Counted from the first letter of the stretch, positions 1 through 10,181 are shown. The stretch is DNA of 64,000 nucleotides from Candidatus Planktophila sp. (GCA_044232745.1 JBIILI010000003.1:92259-156258), one strand, 5' to 3'. Made by a program: numbers and translations. The notes: generated by a model from the letters alone, not told the origin.

Positions 1-5
1 TTGTA

Positions 6-440
6 ATGGCAGCTGCTGGCTATGCAGTGGGTTGGCGTCCAACATCAGGCATATTGCAAACAACTTTGGCTTTCGTGTTCTTGTTTATGTTTGGGTACGC
101 ACTATCTTGGATTGGCATTTTGGTTGGCCTGTCAGTTAAAGAAGCACGCACAGTTCAAAGCGTTGGATTTTTGGTTACCTTCCCGCTGACATTCCTATCT
201 AACGCCTTTGCACCAACTACCGGAATGCCTCGCGCGTTGCAGTACTTTGCCGAATGGAACCCTGTTTCAACAATGGTTGCGGCCTGTCGTCAATTGTTTG
301 GCTTAAAAAATGAATTCGGTGCGACAGCGGATTCATGGCCAAGCCAGTACCCACTTGAAACCTCATTGCTGTACATGGTCCTTTTGATGGTGATCTTTAT
401 TCCGCTAAGTATTAGAAAGTATAAAAACTTTTCTAGTTAA
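6..440 (+). CDS. ABC-2 type exporter permease (DrrB/NodJ family), 5'-truncated by the window edge
   Basis: Hydrophobic helices, FLSNAFAPTTGMP..L..FAEWNPVS motif typical of ABC-2 membrane subunits. Confidence 0.85.
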   Translation: MAAAGYAVGWRPTSGILQTTLAFVFLFMFGYALSWIGILVGLSVKEARTVQSVGFLVTFPLTFLSNAFAPTTGMPRALQYFAEWNPVSTMVAACRQLFGLKNEFGATADSWPSQYPLETSLLYMVLLMVIFIPLSIRKYKNFSS

Positions 441-451
441 GCGCCTCAAAA

Positions 452-811
452 TTACTGAGTTTTACCAAGGAAATGGTGATGAAATTTGGAGTCCCAGTTA
501 TTCCTAATTTCTGCAATTGCTTCGCCATCCTGACTCATAGGAAAGACGCTGCCTTCAATCTTTCCTCCTAAAAGAGTCAATAGAGCAATCAAATCCCCAT
601 TTCTCTTTACATGTTCAAAAACTCCTTCCGGTGTTTCGAACTCTTCCAAAACGGTGCAGCGAGTCTTTTCTGGATTAAAGAACATGTCATATCGAAGAGT
701 AGATTCTTGTTGCTGTATTGCTTTCATCAATTCAGTGGCGACCAAGCAGAATTGCTCTAAATCGCCAGGTGCTATGTGAGGGAAAATCGCCACTGCACGG
801 AAGGTATTCAT
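452..811 (-). CDS. Antibiotic-biosynthesis-monooxygenase-like (dimeric alpha+beta barrel) protein
   Basis: About 119 aa; pattern F..VA.EL...IQQQE.TLRYDMF....CTVLEEFE resembles ABM proteins; start moved to ATG 811, preceded by RBS AGGAG. Confidence 0.55.
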   Translation of the reverse strand: MNTFRAVAIFPHIAPGDLEQFCLVATELMKAIQQQESTLRYDMFFNPEKTRCTVLEEFETPEGVFEHVKRNGDLIALLTLLGGKIEGSVFPMSQDGEAIAEIRNNWDSKFHHHFLGKTQ

Positions 812-854
812 GGCTCTCCTTGTAAATTGATGCAAAGGTATTTACCCTTTACTA

Positions 855-1907
855 GTGTCAGATTTCTACCCTAAAGCAAGTAAAACTATAGTCGGGCACA
901 AAGCTGTTCGTGAAGCACTTCGAGATACACAAACTTATTCATCAGACTTGCAGGGTGATTCCGATGTTCGCGATTACCGCCAATTGCCGCTTGAAGTTGA
1001 TCCACCGAGGCACCACCTATATCGAGTTGCCTTAGCGCCATACTTTGTTAAACCATCAATCGAATTATTGATTCCACAATTTCGTGCCCACACTGAACAA
1101 CTGATCGCTAATTTCTTTAAACATGGGGATCTTGAAGTCGGCCAACATTTATCGCTTCCCTTGGTTATGAATAATTTAGGTGTTATCTATAGCCGCCCTC
1201 AAGACGTCGATGAATGGATTTCGTGGGGACCAGATGTCTGGACTGCAGAGTCTGAAGTACGCGACGGCAAGGTTTTGCATCGTTACCTGGATGCAATTTA
1301 TGAAGAGGCGTTACACAAGGATAAAGCTGACATCTGGAACCAGATTGCACACCTTGAAATCGAAGGACAACAAATTTCTGCTGCTGAATTTAGAGGCATT
1401 GCCGGCGTGATGTTGGCGGGCGGCCGAGATACAGTTGTAAAACTCTTTACCGGAATCATGTGGCACTTTGGTAATAAACCTCAAGACCTTGAACTATTGC
1501 GCTCACATCCAGAGTTAATAAGCCCTGCTATTCAAGAGTTCTTACGATTCTTCACTCCGCTACCTGTCATGAACAGAACGGTTGTGCCAGAAAGTACTAC
1601 AGCTGATCTTCCCGATGATAGGTATGTCGGAATCAGTTTTATTTCGGGCAACTTTGATGAAACAGTTTTCACTAATCCTTTTGAGATCGATTTTAATCGT
1701 GGCCGAAATCCCCATTTAAGCTTTGGCTTTGGCCCTCACACCTGTTTAGGAAACCATATTGCAGAAATCGAAGCCAAGGTCTTTCTAGAGGCTTTGTTAA
1801 GTTCGGGCAAAAACTGGAGAGTTTCTTCTGAAGATATTCGCTATCACCAAGCACCGTATACAAAAATTCCCGATCACCTTAGCGCTGTCAAGATTGTCCA
1901 AATTTAG
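855..1907 (+). CDS. Cytochrome P450
   Basis: DPPRH, I-helix AGGRDT, K-helix EFLR (ExxR), heme motif FGFGPHTCLG; GTG start 7 nt after TACCCT. Confidence 0.93.
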   Translation: MSDFYPKASKTIVGHKAVREALRDTQTYSSDLQGDSDVRDYRQLPLEVDPPRHHLYRVALAPYFVKPSIELLIPQFRAHTEQLIANFFKHGDLEVGQHLSLPLVMNNLGVIYSRPQDVDEWISWGPDVWTAESEVRDGKVLHRYLDAIYEEALHKDKADIWNQIAHLEIEGQQISAAEFRGIAGVMLAGGRDTVVKLFTGIMWHFGNKPQDLELLRSHPELISPAIQEFLRFFTPLPVMNRTVVPESTTADLPDDRYVGISFISGNFDETVFTNPFEIDFNRGRNPHLSFGFGPHTCLGNHIAEIEAKVFLEALLSSGKNWRVSSEDIRYHQAPYTKIPDHLSAVKIVQI

Positions 1908-3125
1908 CTATTTTGATTGGTAGTTAACACTATTCAAAACCAGTTGTACATAAGTCATGTCTGCCCACGAAAACCATGATCTCGTAAAATCTTTATCGTT
2001 ACTAACATTAAAGGACTCATGCATGTTTCCGGTCCCAGCATCAGTATGTTCTAGTAAATCTAAGGCTTCTAACTTTTTGCTGATCGATGAATCGGTTAAG
2101 GCTTGAACAGCAAGTGCAATTGGCCAAACAAATCCAGTCGGTGTGTGCTGTGAGCCAATTCCTGCGGCTTTTGTACCTGAAAAGTAATAGGGATTTTTAC
2201 CGGAAAGAATGAACTCTCTAGTTGCTTTATAGGATTCATCCTCAGCTGAGATACACCCTAAAAGCGGAAGGCTCAGCAAGGATGGAATATTTGCATCATC
2301 AATGAACAATGCATTTCCAAGCCCATCGACTTCATATGCAAAGCGTCCATGATTGATTGCAAACTCTTGTATACCTTTTCGAATGTCGGTACTTAAATCA
2401 TTAGATTCTGGTGACTTGAGATTTTCTGGCAATAGCTCTAATTCATTCAGAAAAAAGAGATTTGAAGGAACAAGATAGCCGTACACACAGGCATCATCAC
2501 TTGGACGGAAGGCGGAATAGACCATACCCGTGTATGCCGTTGGTGCTCCACGACCATTATGCGATAACGAATCATGAGGTACTTCATTGTTACGTTTAAA
2601 TATGTACGACTCTGGATCATGGTGTTGTTCGCGCTTAGCAAGTTCTAACATGACTCTGAGTGCTTCCTTGAAGGAGGCATTGATATGGTCAGTACGACCA
2701 TATTTTTCAATAATCATTCGTGCCAGATATAAAACTGAAGCCCATGAATCTAGCTCGAACTTTCGCTCGAACACCCAAGGAGATTGATTAGGAAAGTCTT
2801 TATGCCAGCACTCGCCATTAGGGGCAGGATTAAATGCATTTGCGTATGGATCAAGCAGGAAGAGCTCTACCTGCGTCTTGCTTAATTCAATAAGTAATTG
2901 AATTACCTCTGAATGGTTAGAATTCAACAGTGGTGCAACTTGCCAAGTTGAATCGCGTAACCACATTGCCGGAATATCACCGGTGATGATGAATGGACTC
3001 CCGTTTTCACGCCTGGTTAAACTCTTGTTGAATAATGAATCTATTGCGATCGAAACACGCTTAAATCGCGAATCTGGTACTTGAGAATCTAAGCCGGGAA
3101 ATACTTCTCTGGCTGTTAAGTTCAT
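1908..3125 (-). CDS. Glycoside hydrolase family 125 (exo-alpha-1,6-mannosidase-like)
   Basis: TGDIPAMWLRDS, ERKFELDS, DDANIPSLL, MHESF, FTRSWFSWA motifs. Confidence 0.9.
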   Translation of the reverse strand: MNLTAREVFPGLDSQVPDSRFKRVSIAIDSLFNKSLTRRENGSPFIITGDIPAMWLRDSTWQVAPLLNSNHSEVIQLLIELSKTQVELFLLDPYANAFNPAPNGECWHKDFPNQSPWVFERKFELDSWASVLYLARMIIEKYGRTDHINASFKEALRVMLELAKREQHHDPESYIFKRNNEVPHDSLSHNGRGAPTAYTGMVYSAFRPSDDACVYGYLVPSNLFFLNELELLPENLKSPESNDLSTDIRKGIQEFAINHGRFAYEVDGLGNALFIDDANIPSLLSLPLLGCISAEDESYKATREFILSGKNPYYFSGTKAAGIGSQHTPTGFVWPIALAVQALTDSSISKKLEALDLLEHTDAGTGNMHESFNVSNDKDFTRSWFSWADMTYVQLVLNSVNYQSK

Positions 3126-3143
3126 GAACCTTAGAACTTTAGG

Positions 3144-3617
3144 TTAGGCGTAAAACTCGGCGGCCACAATTTCAACCGAGATCTCGCGACCATTAGGTGC
3201 TGTGTAAGAAACCTTTGCGCCAATTTCTTGATTCAGCACCGCTGAACCAAGTGGCGACTTTTCGCTGTACACATCTAGATCTCCGGATGAAATTTCACGG
3301 GATCCAATTAAAAACTTCATTTCATCTCCGGCGATAATGGCTGTAACAACCATTCCTGCGCCAACTTTTCCATCGGCGCTGGCTGGTGGAGTTCCGATGT
3401 GTGCGTTTTCCAACATCTGCTTTAGCTGACGAATACGCGCCTCCATTTTGCCTTGCTCATCACGTGCTGCGTGGTATCCGCCATTTTCTTTCAAGTCACC
3501 TTCGGCACGTGCTGCTTCAATCTTGGCAGTTACTTCTTTTCGGCCAGGACCTTCTAGCTGCGTCAGCTCGGATTGCAAGCGATCAGCAGCTTCTTGGGTC
3601 AGCCAGGTCTGTGTCAT
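3144..3617 (-). CDS. greA: Transcription elongation factor GreA
   Basis: WLTQEA..RLQSEL, ARAEGDLKENGGYHAAR, SPLG; start moved to ATG 3617. Confidence 0.96.
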   Translation of the reverse strand: MTQTWLTQEAADRLQSELTQLEGPGRKEVTAKIEAARAEGDLKENGGYHAARDEQGKMEARIRQLKQMLENAHIGTPPASADGKVGAGMVVTAIIAGDEMKFLIGSREISSGDLDVYSEKSPLGSAVLNQEIGAKVSYTAPNGREISVEIVAAEFYA

Positions 3618-3640
3618 AAGGGGTAAAAGGTACTGGTTAC

Positions 3641-4030
3641 TTACTTGACGCGACAAGTTGAAACATCAGCATTTACTGCCTGACTACGCGTAGGAACCAC
3701 GCTGACCAGTTCAACTTTTTCTTTTCCTGCCGGAACTTCTACATCAATTTGTCCAACGATGTCTTTATAGAAATCACGTGCAATTACAGTGCAGATGCTT
3801 GCTGTATCCGCACTATTTCGATCAACGAAATATCGAACACTGACCGCTCGATCACTATCGACGGTAAATGAAATCAACTGAACACGAATCTGTGGGTTTG
3901 AGTGATACAACCCAGCCCATGTAACCCAGCCAACTCCAACTATTGCTGTGATTAGGGCAATGGCAATCCAGCTACGCGGCTTTTTCACGCCATAGCGGTC
4001 GTTGTAGTCAAACGGCTCTTGGGATTGCAT
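3641..4030 (-). CDS. DUF4307-family membrane-anchored protein
   Basis: RYG motif then one TM helix and a beta-rich domain with two Cys; conserved neighbour of greA in actinobacteria. Confidence 0.8.
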   Translation of the reverse strand: MQSQEPFDYNDRYGVKKPRSWIAIALITAIVGVGWVTWAGLYHSNPQIRVQLISFTVDSDRAVSVRYFVDRNSADTASICTVIARDFYKDIVGQIDVEVPAGKEKVELVSVVPTRSQAVNADVSTCRVK

Positions 4031-4044
4031 GCCATGATTATGTC

Positions 4045-4179
4045 ATGACTAAAGACATTGATATGGGTGCGGCCGGCTCACTAACCGTAGCCTTGCTAGT
4101 CCTGGCTTTTGCATTCTTGATGCGAAGTTTCTATAAGCGCTTCATGGGTGTAGATCGAAGCGATGACTCCAGCAAGTAA
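4045..4179 (+). CDS. Small single-pass membrane protein, 44 aa (not in ORF track)
   Basis: Hand translation MTKDIDMGAAGSLTVALLVLAFAFLMRSFYKRFMGVDRSDDSSK; CATGAT 6 nt upstream of ATG; 3' end overlaps the SURF1 start. Confidence 0.75.
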   Translation: MTKDIDMGAAGSLTVALLVLAFAFLMRSFYKRFMGVDRSDDSSK

Positions 4180-4873
4180 ATTCCTTACCAAAGCATTACA
4201 AGCAGTTGCGGTTTTATTGCTAGCCGCAATTTTTGTTGGGCTTGGTATTTGGCAGCTACAACGTGCTGCTGAATTAAAAGAAAGTCTGAAAGTTGCAACA
4301 ACAATTGATACAAGAATTGTCCCTTTAGAATCTGTTGCTACGCCTCGAGTATCTTTACCCCCATCCGCACTTAATAAAACAGTTTTTGTCACGGGGCAGT
4401 ACATACAAAACTTTAGAGCTCCCAATCAGATCGATGGCGATGGAAAGCAATCTGATTGGGAAGTTGCTTTGCTACAGGTCGGTACAGATTCTGCAATATT
4501 GGTTGTTCGTGGATTGTGGGCTGAGCGTTTAAAGAATCCTGACATTCAGCAGTCGATGAAAATCGAAATTGAAGGATTGCTCGTTGCCAGCCAATATGGT
4601 GATCGTTCAGAAAATACACCGGGCGTAATCTCCCGTCTTGATAGCGCAGTTGTTACATCACTAACAGAACTAGATTTATATGATGGTTATATATTGGCCA
4701 GCAGCGAAGCGACCAGAATTGGATCACTAGATCGAACCCGAGTCACACCAGAAAAGCTGACCTCGCGAATCCCAGGTTTCTATTGGCAGCATCTTTCATA
4801 TGTGGTCATTTGGTGGCTAATGGCCGCTGTTGTGCTGTTCCTGCCCTTCTATCGTCGTAGAGTTACCCCATGA
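4163..4873 (+). CDS. SURF1 family protein
   Basis: N-terminal TM with LGIWQLQRA, VVRG, C-terminal HLSYVVIWW TM. Confidence 0.88.
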   Translation: MTPASKFLTKALQAVAVLLLAAIFVGLGIWQLQRAAELKESLKVATTIDTRIVPLESVATPRVSLPPSALNKTVFVTGQYIQNFRAPNQIDGDGKQSDWEVALLQVGTDSAILVVRGLWAERLKNPDIQQSMKIEIEGLLVASQYGDRSENTPGVISRLDSAVVTSLTELDLYDGYILASSEATRIGSLDRTRVTPEKLTSRIPGFYWQHLSYVVIWWLMAAVVLFLPFYRRRVTP

Positions 4874-5169
4874 GCGGTGCGGTCAAGAGATTTAGAGTTA
4901 TGGCGCTGGTCGCCGGCGTTATGTCCTTATTACTGTGGTTTGTCGATCTTCCTGTGGCATACCTATTTAACAATGATGATTGGAAATCCAAGGTCGAATG
5001 GATTCCATTTGTCCATGGCTGGATCTATGCGGTGTACGTGTTAACCGCAATTCAATTTGGAACAAAAGCACGCTGGCCACTCACAAAGATTTTGTGGCTA
5101 ATACTTGCCGGCACTTTGCCAATTGCATCTTTCGCTGCGGAGCGCAGAGTTGTTCGCCAGTATCCGTAA
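4870..5169 (+). CDS. DUF3817-family membrane protein
   Basis: FRVMALVAG, HGWIYAVY, LAGTLPIASF.AER. Confidence 0.85.
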   Translation: MSGAVKRFRVMALVAGVMSLLLWFVDLPVAYLFNNDDWKSKVEWIPFVHGWIYAVYVLTAIQFGTKARWPLTKILWLILAGTLPIASFAAERRVVRQYP

Positions 5170-5926
5170 ACTCATTAAGTCGCTAATTTACCCACTGTAC
5201 GAGTGGCGCTTAGTTCGCTCCTTGGACTTTTCAAAGACCCCGCATCATGTGGGTGTGATTCTTGATGGAAATCGTCGTTGGGCTAAATCAAATCCAACGG
5301 TCAACGATCCACATGGCCACAAAGCCGGTGCCAGCAAGATCATTGATTTCTTGGGCTGGTGTGATGAAGCCGAAGTCAAAGTCGTTACTTTGTGGTTGCT
5401 GTCGACAGATAATTTCAAGCGCTCACAAGAAGAGATTGAAGATCTGCTAAAAGTTATTGGAAATACCGTTGACGAACTAGCGGCCACAGGTCGTTGGAAC
5501 ATTAAAGCCGTTGGTGCACTAGACCTGCTGCCTTCATGGCTGGCCGACAAATTGATCGCTCTCAAGCCAATTCGAAATGATGGCGTCGAAGTAAATGTGG
5601 CGATTAGCTACGGAGGTCGCCGCGAAATTGTTGATGCGGTAAAGAGCTACATGGGCGAAGAGGTAGCTGCCGGCCATTCATTAACCGATGCTGCCGCCAA
5701 GCTAACAGCCGAAGATATTTCAAAGTATTTATATACCGCCGGCCAGCCAGATCCCGAACTTTTGATCCGCACATCTGGCGAGCAACGACTTGGCGGCTTC
5801 TTGTTGTGGCAAAGCGCTTTGTCTGAGTTCTATTTTTGTGAAGCCTACTGGCCTGATTTTCGTCGGGTAGATTTTTTACGTGCCTTACGATCTTATTCCG
5901 TGAGACAACGTCGCTTCGGGTCATAA
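5150..5926 (+). CDS. uppS: cis-isoprenyl diphosphate synthase (UppS family, Rv1086-like short-chain type)
   Basis: HVGVILDGNRRWA, LSTDNFKR, YGGRREI, PELLIRTSGEQRLGGFLLWQ; start uncertain, TTG 5150 chosen. Confidence 0.92.
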   Translation: MFASIRKLIKSLIYPLYEWRLVRSLDFSKTPHHVGVILDGNRRWAKSNPTVNDPHGHKAGASKIIDFLGWCDEAEVKVVTLWLLSTDNFKRSQEEIEDLLKVIGNTVDELAATGRWNIKAVGALDLLPSWLADKLIALKPIRNDGVEVNVAISYGGRREIVDAVKSYMGEEVAAGHSLTDAAAKLTAEDISKYLYTAGQPDPELLIRTSGEQRLGGFLLWQSALSEFYFCEAYWPDFRRVDFLRALRSYSVRQRRFGS

Positions 5927-6046
5927 ATCAAACCCTAAATTTAACTTTTGCTCATCGCGTGTCTGCGCAAAAAACCTACCCTTCAGTTCTACCTTTTATT
6001 TGTCCGAAGCACATCCGACGATCACAATTAAATCTAGGAGCAAGCA

Positions 6047-7363
6047 TTGGCTGCAAAAGGTCAAAAAGCTAAGAAAACCTTTGTTTTAGATACCAGTGTT
6101 TTGCTCGCAGATCCCGGGGCGTTGTACAGATTTGCCGAACATGAAGTCATAATTCCAATAGCAGTTATCGGTGAGTTAGAAACCAAACGAGACCATCCAG
6201 AACTCGGCTACTTTGCTCGCGCGGCACTTCGAGCCCTTGATGATTTACGAATTACCCATGGCCGGTTGGATAAAGCGCTAACAATTACACCTGAAGGTGG
6301 CACTTTATCGGTCGAACTCAACCACACCGATCTTTCAACTTTGCCTCATGGTTTCTTGCGAGATGGCACCAATGATTCTCGCATCCTGGCCATTGCTAAA
6401 AATCTGATGTCAGATGGCAAGGATGTAGTCCTTGTTACAAAGGATCTGCCACTTCGTGTTAAAGCTTCATCCGTTGGAGTCGAAGCCCAGGAGTATTTGG
6501 CCGAACTAGTTTCCAATAGCGGCTGGACCGGCATCGAAGAGATCAATGTCAGCCATAGTGTTATTGATGATTTGTATGCCAGCGATTTTGCAGATCATGA
6601 ATCCGCCCACCAACTTCCGGTGCACACCGGAATAGTTCTGCACTCTGAAAAGGGCAGCGCTCTTGCCCGAGTCACCGCCGACAAGCGATTGAAGTTGGTT
6701 CGTGGCGATCGCCAAGCTTTTGGTTTGCATGGCAGAAGCGCCGAACAACGAATCGCACTTGACCTACTTCTGGATGAGTCCATTGGAATCGTTTCCTTAG
6801 GTGGTCGTGCCGGAACCGGAAAGTCGGCCCTTGCTTTGTGCGCCGGACTCGAAGCGGTAATGGAAAAGCGCGTTCATAAGAAGGTAGTTATCTTCCGCCC
6901 TTTGTATCCAGTAGGTGGTCAAGAGCTTGGGTACTTGCCAGGATCTGAAGGCGAAAAAATGTCGCCTTGGGCCCAAGCAGTTTTCGATACTTTAGGTGCG
7001 CTGGTAAGCCAGCCGGTGATCGATGAAATCATCGACCGCGGGCTGATCGAAGTCCTGCCGCTGACCCATATCCGCGGCCGATCCCTGCACGACTCATTTG
7101 TGATTGTTGATGAAGCCCAATCTCTAGAACGAGGAGTCTTGCTGACGGTTCTGTCGAGAATTGGCCAGGCTTCCAGGGTCATCTTGACCCACGATGTTGC
7201 CCAGCGAGACAACCTTCGGGTTGGCCGCCATGATGGCGTGGTCGCAGTAGTTGAAACCTTGAAGGGCCACGAGCTCTTTGCCCATGTCACCTTGACCCGA
7301 AGCGAGCGCTCGCCGATCGCGGCCTTGGTTACTGAATTGCTGGAAGGCCCTGTCGGCACCTAA
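6047..7363 (+). CDS. phoH: PhoH2 family protein (PIN domain plus PhoH ATPase)
   Basis: [11 protein letters not shown] motif, [16 protein letters not shown]; [19 protein letters not shown]; TTG start with RBS AGGAG. Confidence 0.93.
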   Translation: MAAKGQKAKKTFVLDTSVLLADPGALYRFAEHEVIIPIAVIGELETKRDHPELGYFARAALRALDDLRITHGRLDKALTITPEGGTLSVELNHTDLSTLPHGFLRDGTNDSRILAIAKNLMSDGKDVVLVTKDLPLRVKASSVGVEAQEYLAELVSNSGWTGIEEINVSHSVIDDLYASDFADHESAHQLPVHTGIVLHSEKGSALARVTADKRLKLVRGDRQAFGLHGRSAEQRIALDLLLDESIGIVSLGGRAGTGKSALALCAGLEAVMEKRVHKKVVIFRPLYPVGGQELGYLPGSEGEKMSPWAQAVFDTLGALVSQPVIDEIIDRGLIEVLPLTHIRGRSLHDSFVIVDEAQSLERGVLLTVLSRIGQASRVILTHDVAQRDNLRVGRHDGVVAVVETLKGHELFAHVTLTRSERSPIAALVTELLEGPVGT

Positions 7364-7685
7364 CAAAGAAGCACATATCCGGGTTTGCATATGTGAGATT
7401 GCGCAAGCACATCGGGCCACAAAAACTCACTAAAACAATGTCACAGTCACATTTGGGGCATTTCGGACATTCCCCTATCTGACCTGCGGTTTTACCTATC
7501 CACAGGCTAATGAAATTCTGAGAGTTTGCGACTCTAGCGGGCTTTGATTTGCCGATGCGCCTCAACTACCGCACCATAAAGGCATTCCCCTTAAGTATCG
7601 AAGCCTCTTGTGAGGCTTAATGCCTATGGAATGAAACCGCGGGTGAGTGTCCGAGGGCTAGAGATGAATGAAAGGAGAACAGAAC

Positions 7686-8282
7686 GTGAAGACAGCATTG
7701 TTGAATAGATCAAAAAAGTCAGTAGCGGTCTGGGGGGTAGCAACCTCCTTGCTACTAGTGGCAACCATCCTTCCTGCAGCTAGCGCTTTAGAGCTCACAA
7801 TTCCTACATCTCTTGAGTCAGAGGGAAACAGAAGCGTGGGGATCATCGAGACATCCGAATCAGCGGTGGCCTTATTGGCCGAGGATGATCTAGCAGCAAT
7901 CGCCTCAGGTGCCATCTTCTCCTCCGAACTTGCCTTAGTCTCTGCCGTTAGCCGCCAGGTAGAACTGGCTCGAACTCCATACGGTGCCAAAAAGGTCGCA
8001 AAATCAATTTTGCTCGACGAGTACGGCTTTAGCGAAAAACAATACAAATGTTTGAACTCGCTCTGGACGAAGGAAAGTAACTGGAATTACAAGGCTAGAA
8101 ACAAGAAATCTGGTGCCCACGGAATTCCACAGGCGCTGCCAGCAAGCAAGATGAGTGTGATCTCAACAGACTGGCGCACAAACCCCGTTACACAAATTCG
8201 CTGGGGCCTTCGCTACATCAGTATTCGATATGAGACACCGTGCAAGGCTTTAGCCAAGCACAAGCGCAGTAACTATTACTAA
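7686..8282 (+). CDS. Secreted lytic transglycosylase (SLT/Rpf-like C-terminal domain)
   Basis: Signal peptide; CLNSLWTKESNWN, SGAHGIPQALP, NPVTQIRWGLRYI..RY; GTG 7686 after RBS AAGGAG. Confidence 0.88.
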   Translation: MKTALLNRSKKSVAVWGVATSLLLVATILPAASALELTIPTSLESEGNRSVGIIETSESAVALLAEDDLAAIASGAIFSSELALVSAVSRQVELARTPYGAKKVAKSILLDEYGFSEKQYKCLNSLWTKESNWNYKARNKKSGAHGIPQALPASKMSVISTDWRTNPVTQIRWGLRYISIRYETPCKALAKHKRSNYY

Positions 8283-8289
8283 CCCCGGA

Positions 8290-9945
8290 TCAAACTTCGG
8301 GCTTTACGCCAATTGTTAGTGGCTTGCTAGTTGAGGCAAAGAAATCATTGCCTTTATCATCGACAACAATAAATGCTGGAAAATCCACAACATCGATCTT
8401 CCAGACAGCTTCCATGCCCAACTCTTCAAAATCTAAAACCTCAACTTTTTTGATGCAATCTTGGGCAAGGCGCGCAGCTGGTCCACCGATTGATCCCAAA
8501 TAAAAACCACCATGTGATGCGCAGGCATCGGTTACGGCCTTTGACCTATTTCCTTTTGCAAGCATCACCATTGATCCGCCGTGTGCCTGGAAGTGCTCAA
8601 CATATGAATCCATGCGACCTGCAGTTGTTGGCCCGAAAGATCCTGATGCATAGCCATCTGGAGTCTTTGCTGGCCCTGCGTAATAGACGGCGTAACTCTT
8701 TAAGTATTCAGGCATTGGCTTGCCGGCATCCATATCAGCCTTGATACGGGCATGTGCCAGGTCTCGAGCAACAACTAATGTGCCGGTCAGCGACAGACGT
8801 GTCTTAACTGGATGCTTGGAAAGTTCAGCCAACACCGAAGCCATTGGCTGATTAAGATCGATCGCAACCACATCATCATGTAGATGCTCATCAGTTGTTT
8901 CAGGCAAGAAATGTGCGGGATCTCGTTCTAACTCTTCTAAGAAAATACCATCTTTGGTGATCTTGGCCTTTGCCTGACGATCTGCAGAACAAGAAACCGC
9001 AATTGCAATCGGCAGTGATGCTCCGTGTCGTGGCAACCTAACCACGCGCACATCGTGACAGAAATACTTGCCACCAAATTGCGCCCCGATTCCTAAGGTT
9101 CTGGTGAGCTCTAAAACCTTTTGCTCTAATTCGATATCTCTAAAGCCATGGCCAGTTGCCGCATCTCCTGATGTTGGCAGTGAATCCAAGTACTTAGTGC
9201 TGGCAAGCTTTGCAGTTTTAACCGTTGCTTCAGCGCTAGTTCCGCCGATGACAATTGCTAAGTGATACGGGGGACAAGCTGCTGTTCCAATTGATCGCAG
9301 TTTTTCATCCAGCCAATTCATAAACGATGTTGGATTTAAAACAGCCTTTGTTTCTTGATATAAAAATGACTTGTTAGCACTGCCGCCACCTTTGGCGATA
9401 AACATAAAGTTGTATTCGTCCTGGTGGTCGCTATCTGCATAGATTTCGATCTGGGCAGGCAGGTTGTTGCCGGTGTTTTTCTCTTCCCACGTTGTTACCG
9501 GTGCCATCTGGGAATACCGCAAATTTAACTGGGTATAGGCGTCATAGATTCCTTGAGAAATTGCGACTTCGTCTTTGCCAGTTGTTAAAACGTACTGTCC
9601 TTTTTTACCCATAACCAGCGCCGTACCGGTGTCTTGGCACATCGGCAGAATTCCACCAGCTGCAATATTGGCGTTTTTCAAAAGGTCGATCGCAACAAAG
9701 CGATCATTTGGTGAGGCCTCTGGATCCTTAACAATATTTGTTAACTGCTGCAGGTGCTCTGCCCGCAGGTAATGATTGATGTCATGGATAGCTTCATGAG
9801 TTAACTTTTCAAGTGCTGCTGGTTCTATCTGTAAAAACTCTTTATCACCATGCTTCACAACGCTGACGCCATCCTTGCTGACAAGGCGGTACTTAGTTGT
9901 GTCCGCCCCTAGTGGCAATAAATCAGAGTATGAAAAATTTGGCAT
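8290..9945 (-). CDS. fumA: Fumarate hydratase class I (Fe-S)
   Basis: [41 protein letters not shown]. Confidence 0.95.
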   Translation of the reverse strand: MPNFSYSDLLPLGADTTKYRLVSKDGVSVVKHGDKEFLQIEPAALEKLTHEAIHDINHYLRAEHLQQLTNIVKDPEASPNDRFVAIDLLKNANIAAGGILPMCQDTGTALVMGKKGQYVLTTGKDEVAISQGIYDAYTQLNLRYSQMAPVTTWEEKNTGNNLPAQIEIYADSDHQDEYNFMFIAKGGGSANKSFLYQETKAVLNPTSFMNWLDEKLRSIGTAACPPYHLAIVIGGTSAEATVKTAKLASTKYLDSLPTSGDAATGHGFRDIELEQKVLELTRTLGIGAQFGGKYFCHDVRVVRLPRHGASLPIAIAVSCSADRQAKAKITKDGIFLEELERDPAHFLPETTDEHLHDDVVAIDLNQPMASVLAELSKHPVKTRLSLTGTLVVARDLAHARIKADMDAGKPMPEYLKSYAVYYAGPAKTPDGYASGSFGPTTAGRMDSYVEHFQAHGGSMVMLAKGNRSKAVTDACASHGGFYLGSIGGPAARLAQDCIKKVEVLDFEELGMEAVWKIDVVDFPAFIVVDDKGNDFFASTSKPLTIGVKPEV

Positions 9946-9957
9946 CGCTTTTTTTCT

Positions 9958-10161
9958 CTACGACTCGCTACTCGGCTTTACAGCGTCAAGTTTTTTCTTA
10001 GCCCCGTCCAACCATTCCTGGCAGATCTTGGCTAACTCTTCGCCGCGCTCCCACAACTTCAATGATTCTTCTAGGGTTGCACTGCCCTCTTCAAGGGATT
10101 CGACAACGTCAGCTAGCTCATCTCTGGCTGCTTCATACGAGATCTTTTTGGAATCGCTCAT
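9958..10161 (-). CDS. xseB: Exodeoxyribonuclease VII small subunit
   Basis: SYEAARDEL..VV..LE.G...LEESL.LWERG. Confidence 0.95.
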   Translation of the reverse strand: MSDSKKISYEAARDELADVVESLEEGSATLEESLKLWERGEELAKICQEWLDGAKKKLDAVKPSSES

Positions 10162-10181
10162 GTGCTAAATCTACTCTCTCT

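Noticed and set aside
7364-7685. c-di-AMP (ydaO) riboswitch upstream of the transglycosylase
   Set aside because: The conserved ydaO segments (GCUGAAUCC-like 5' end, GUCAGCUAAC core) are not visible; kept only as an unknown structured leader
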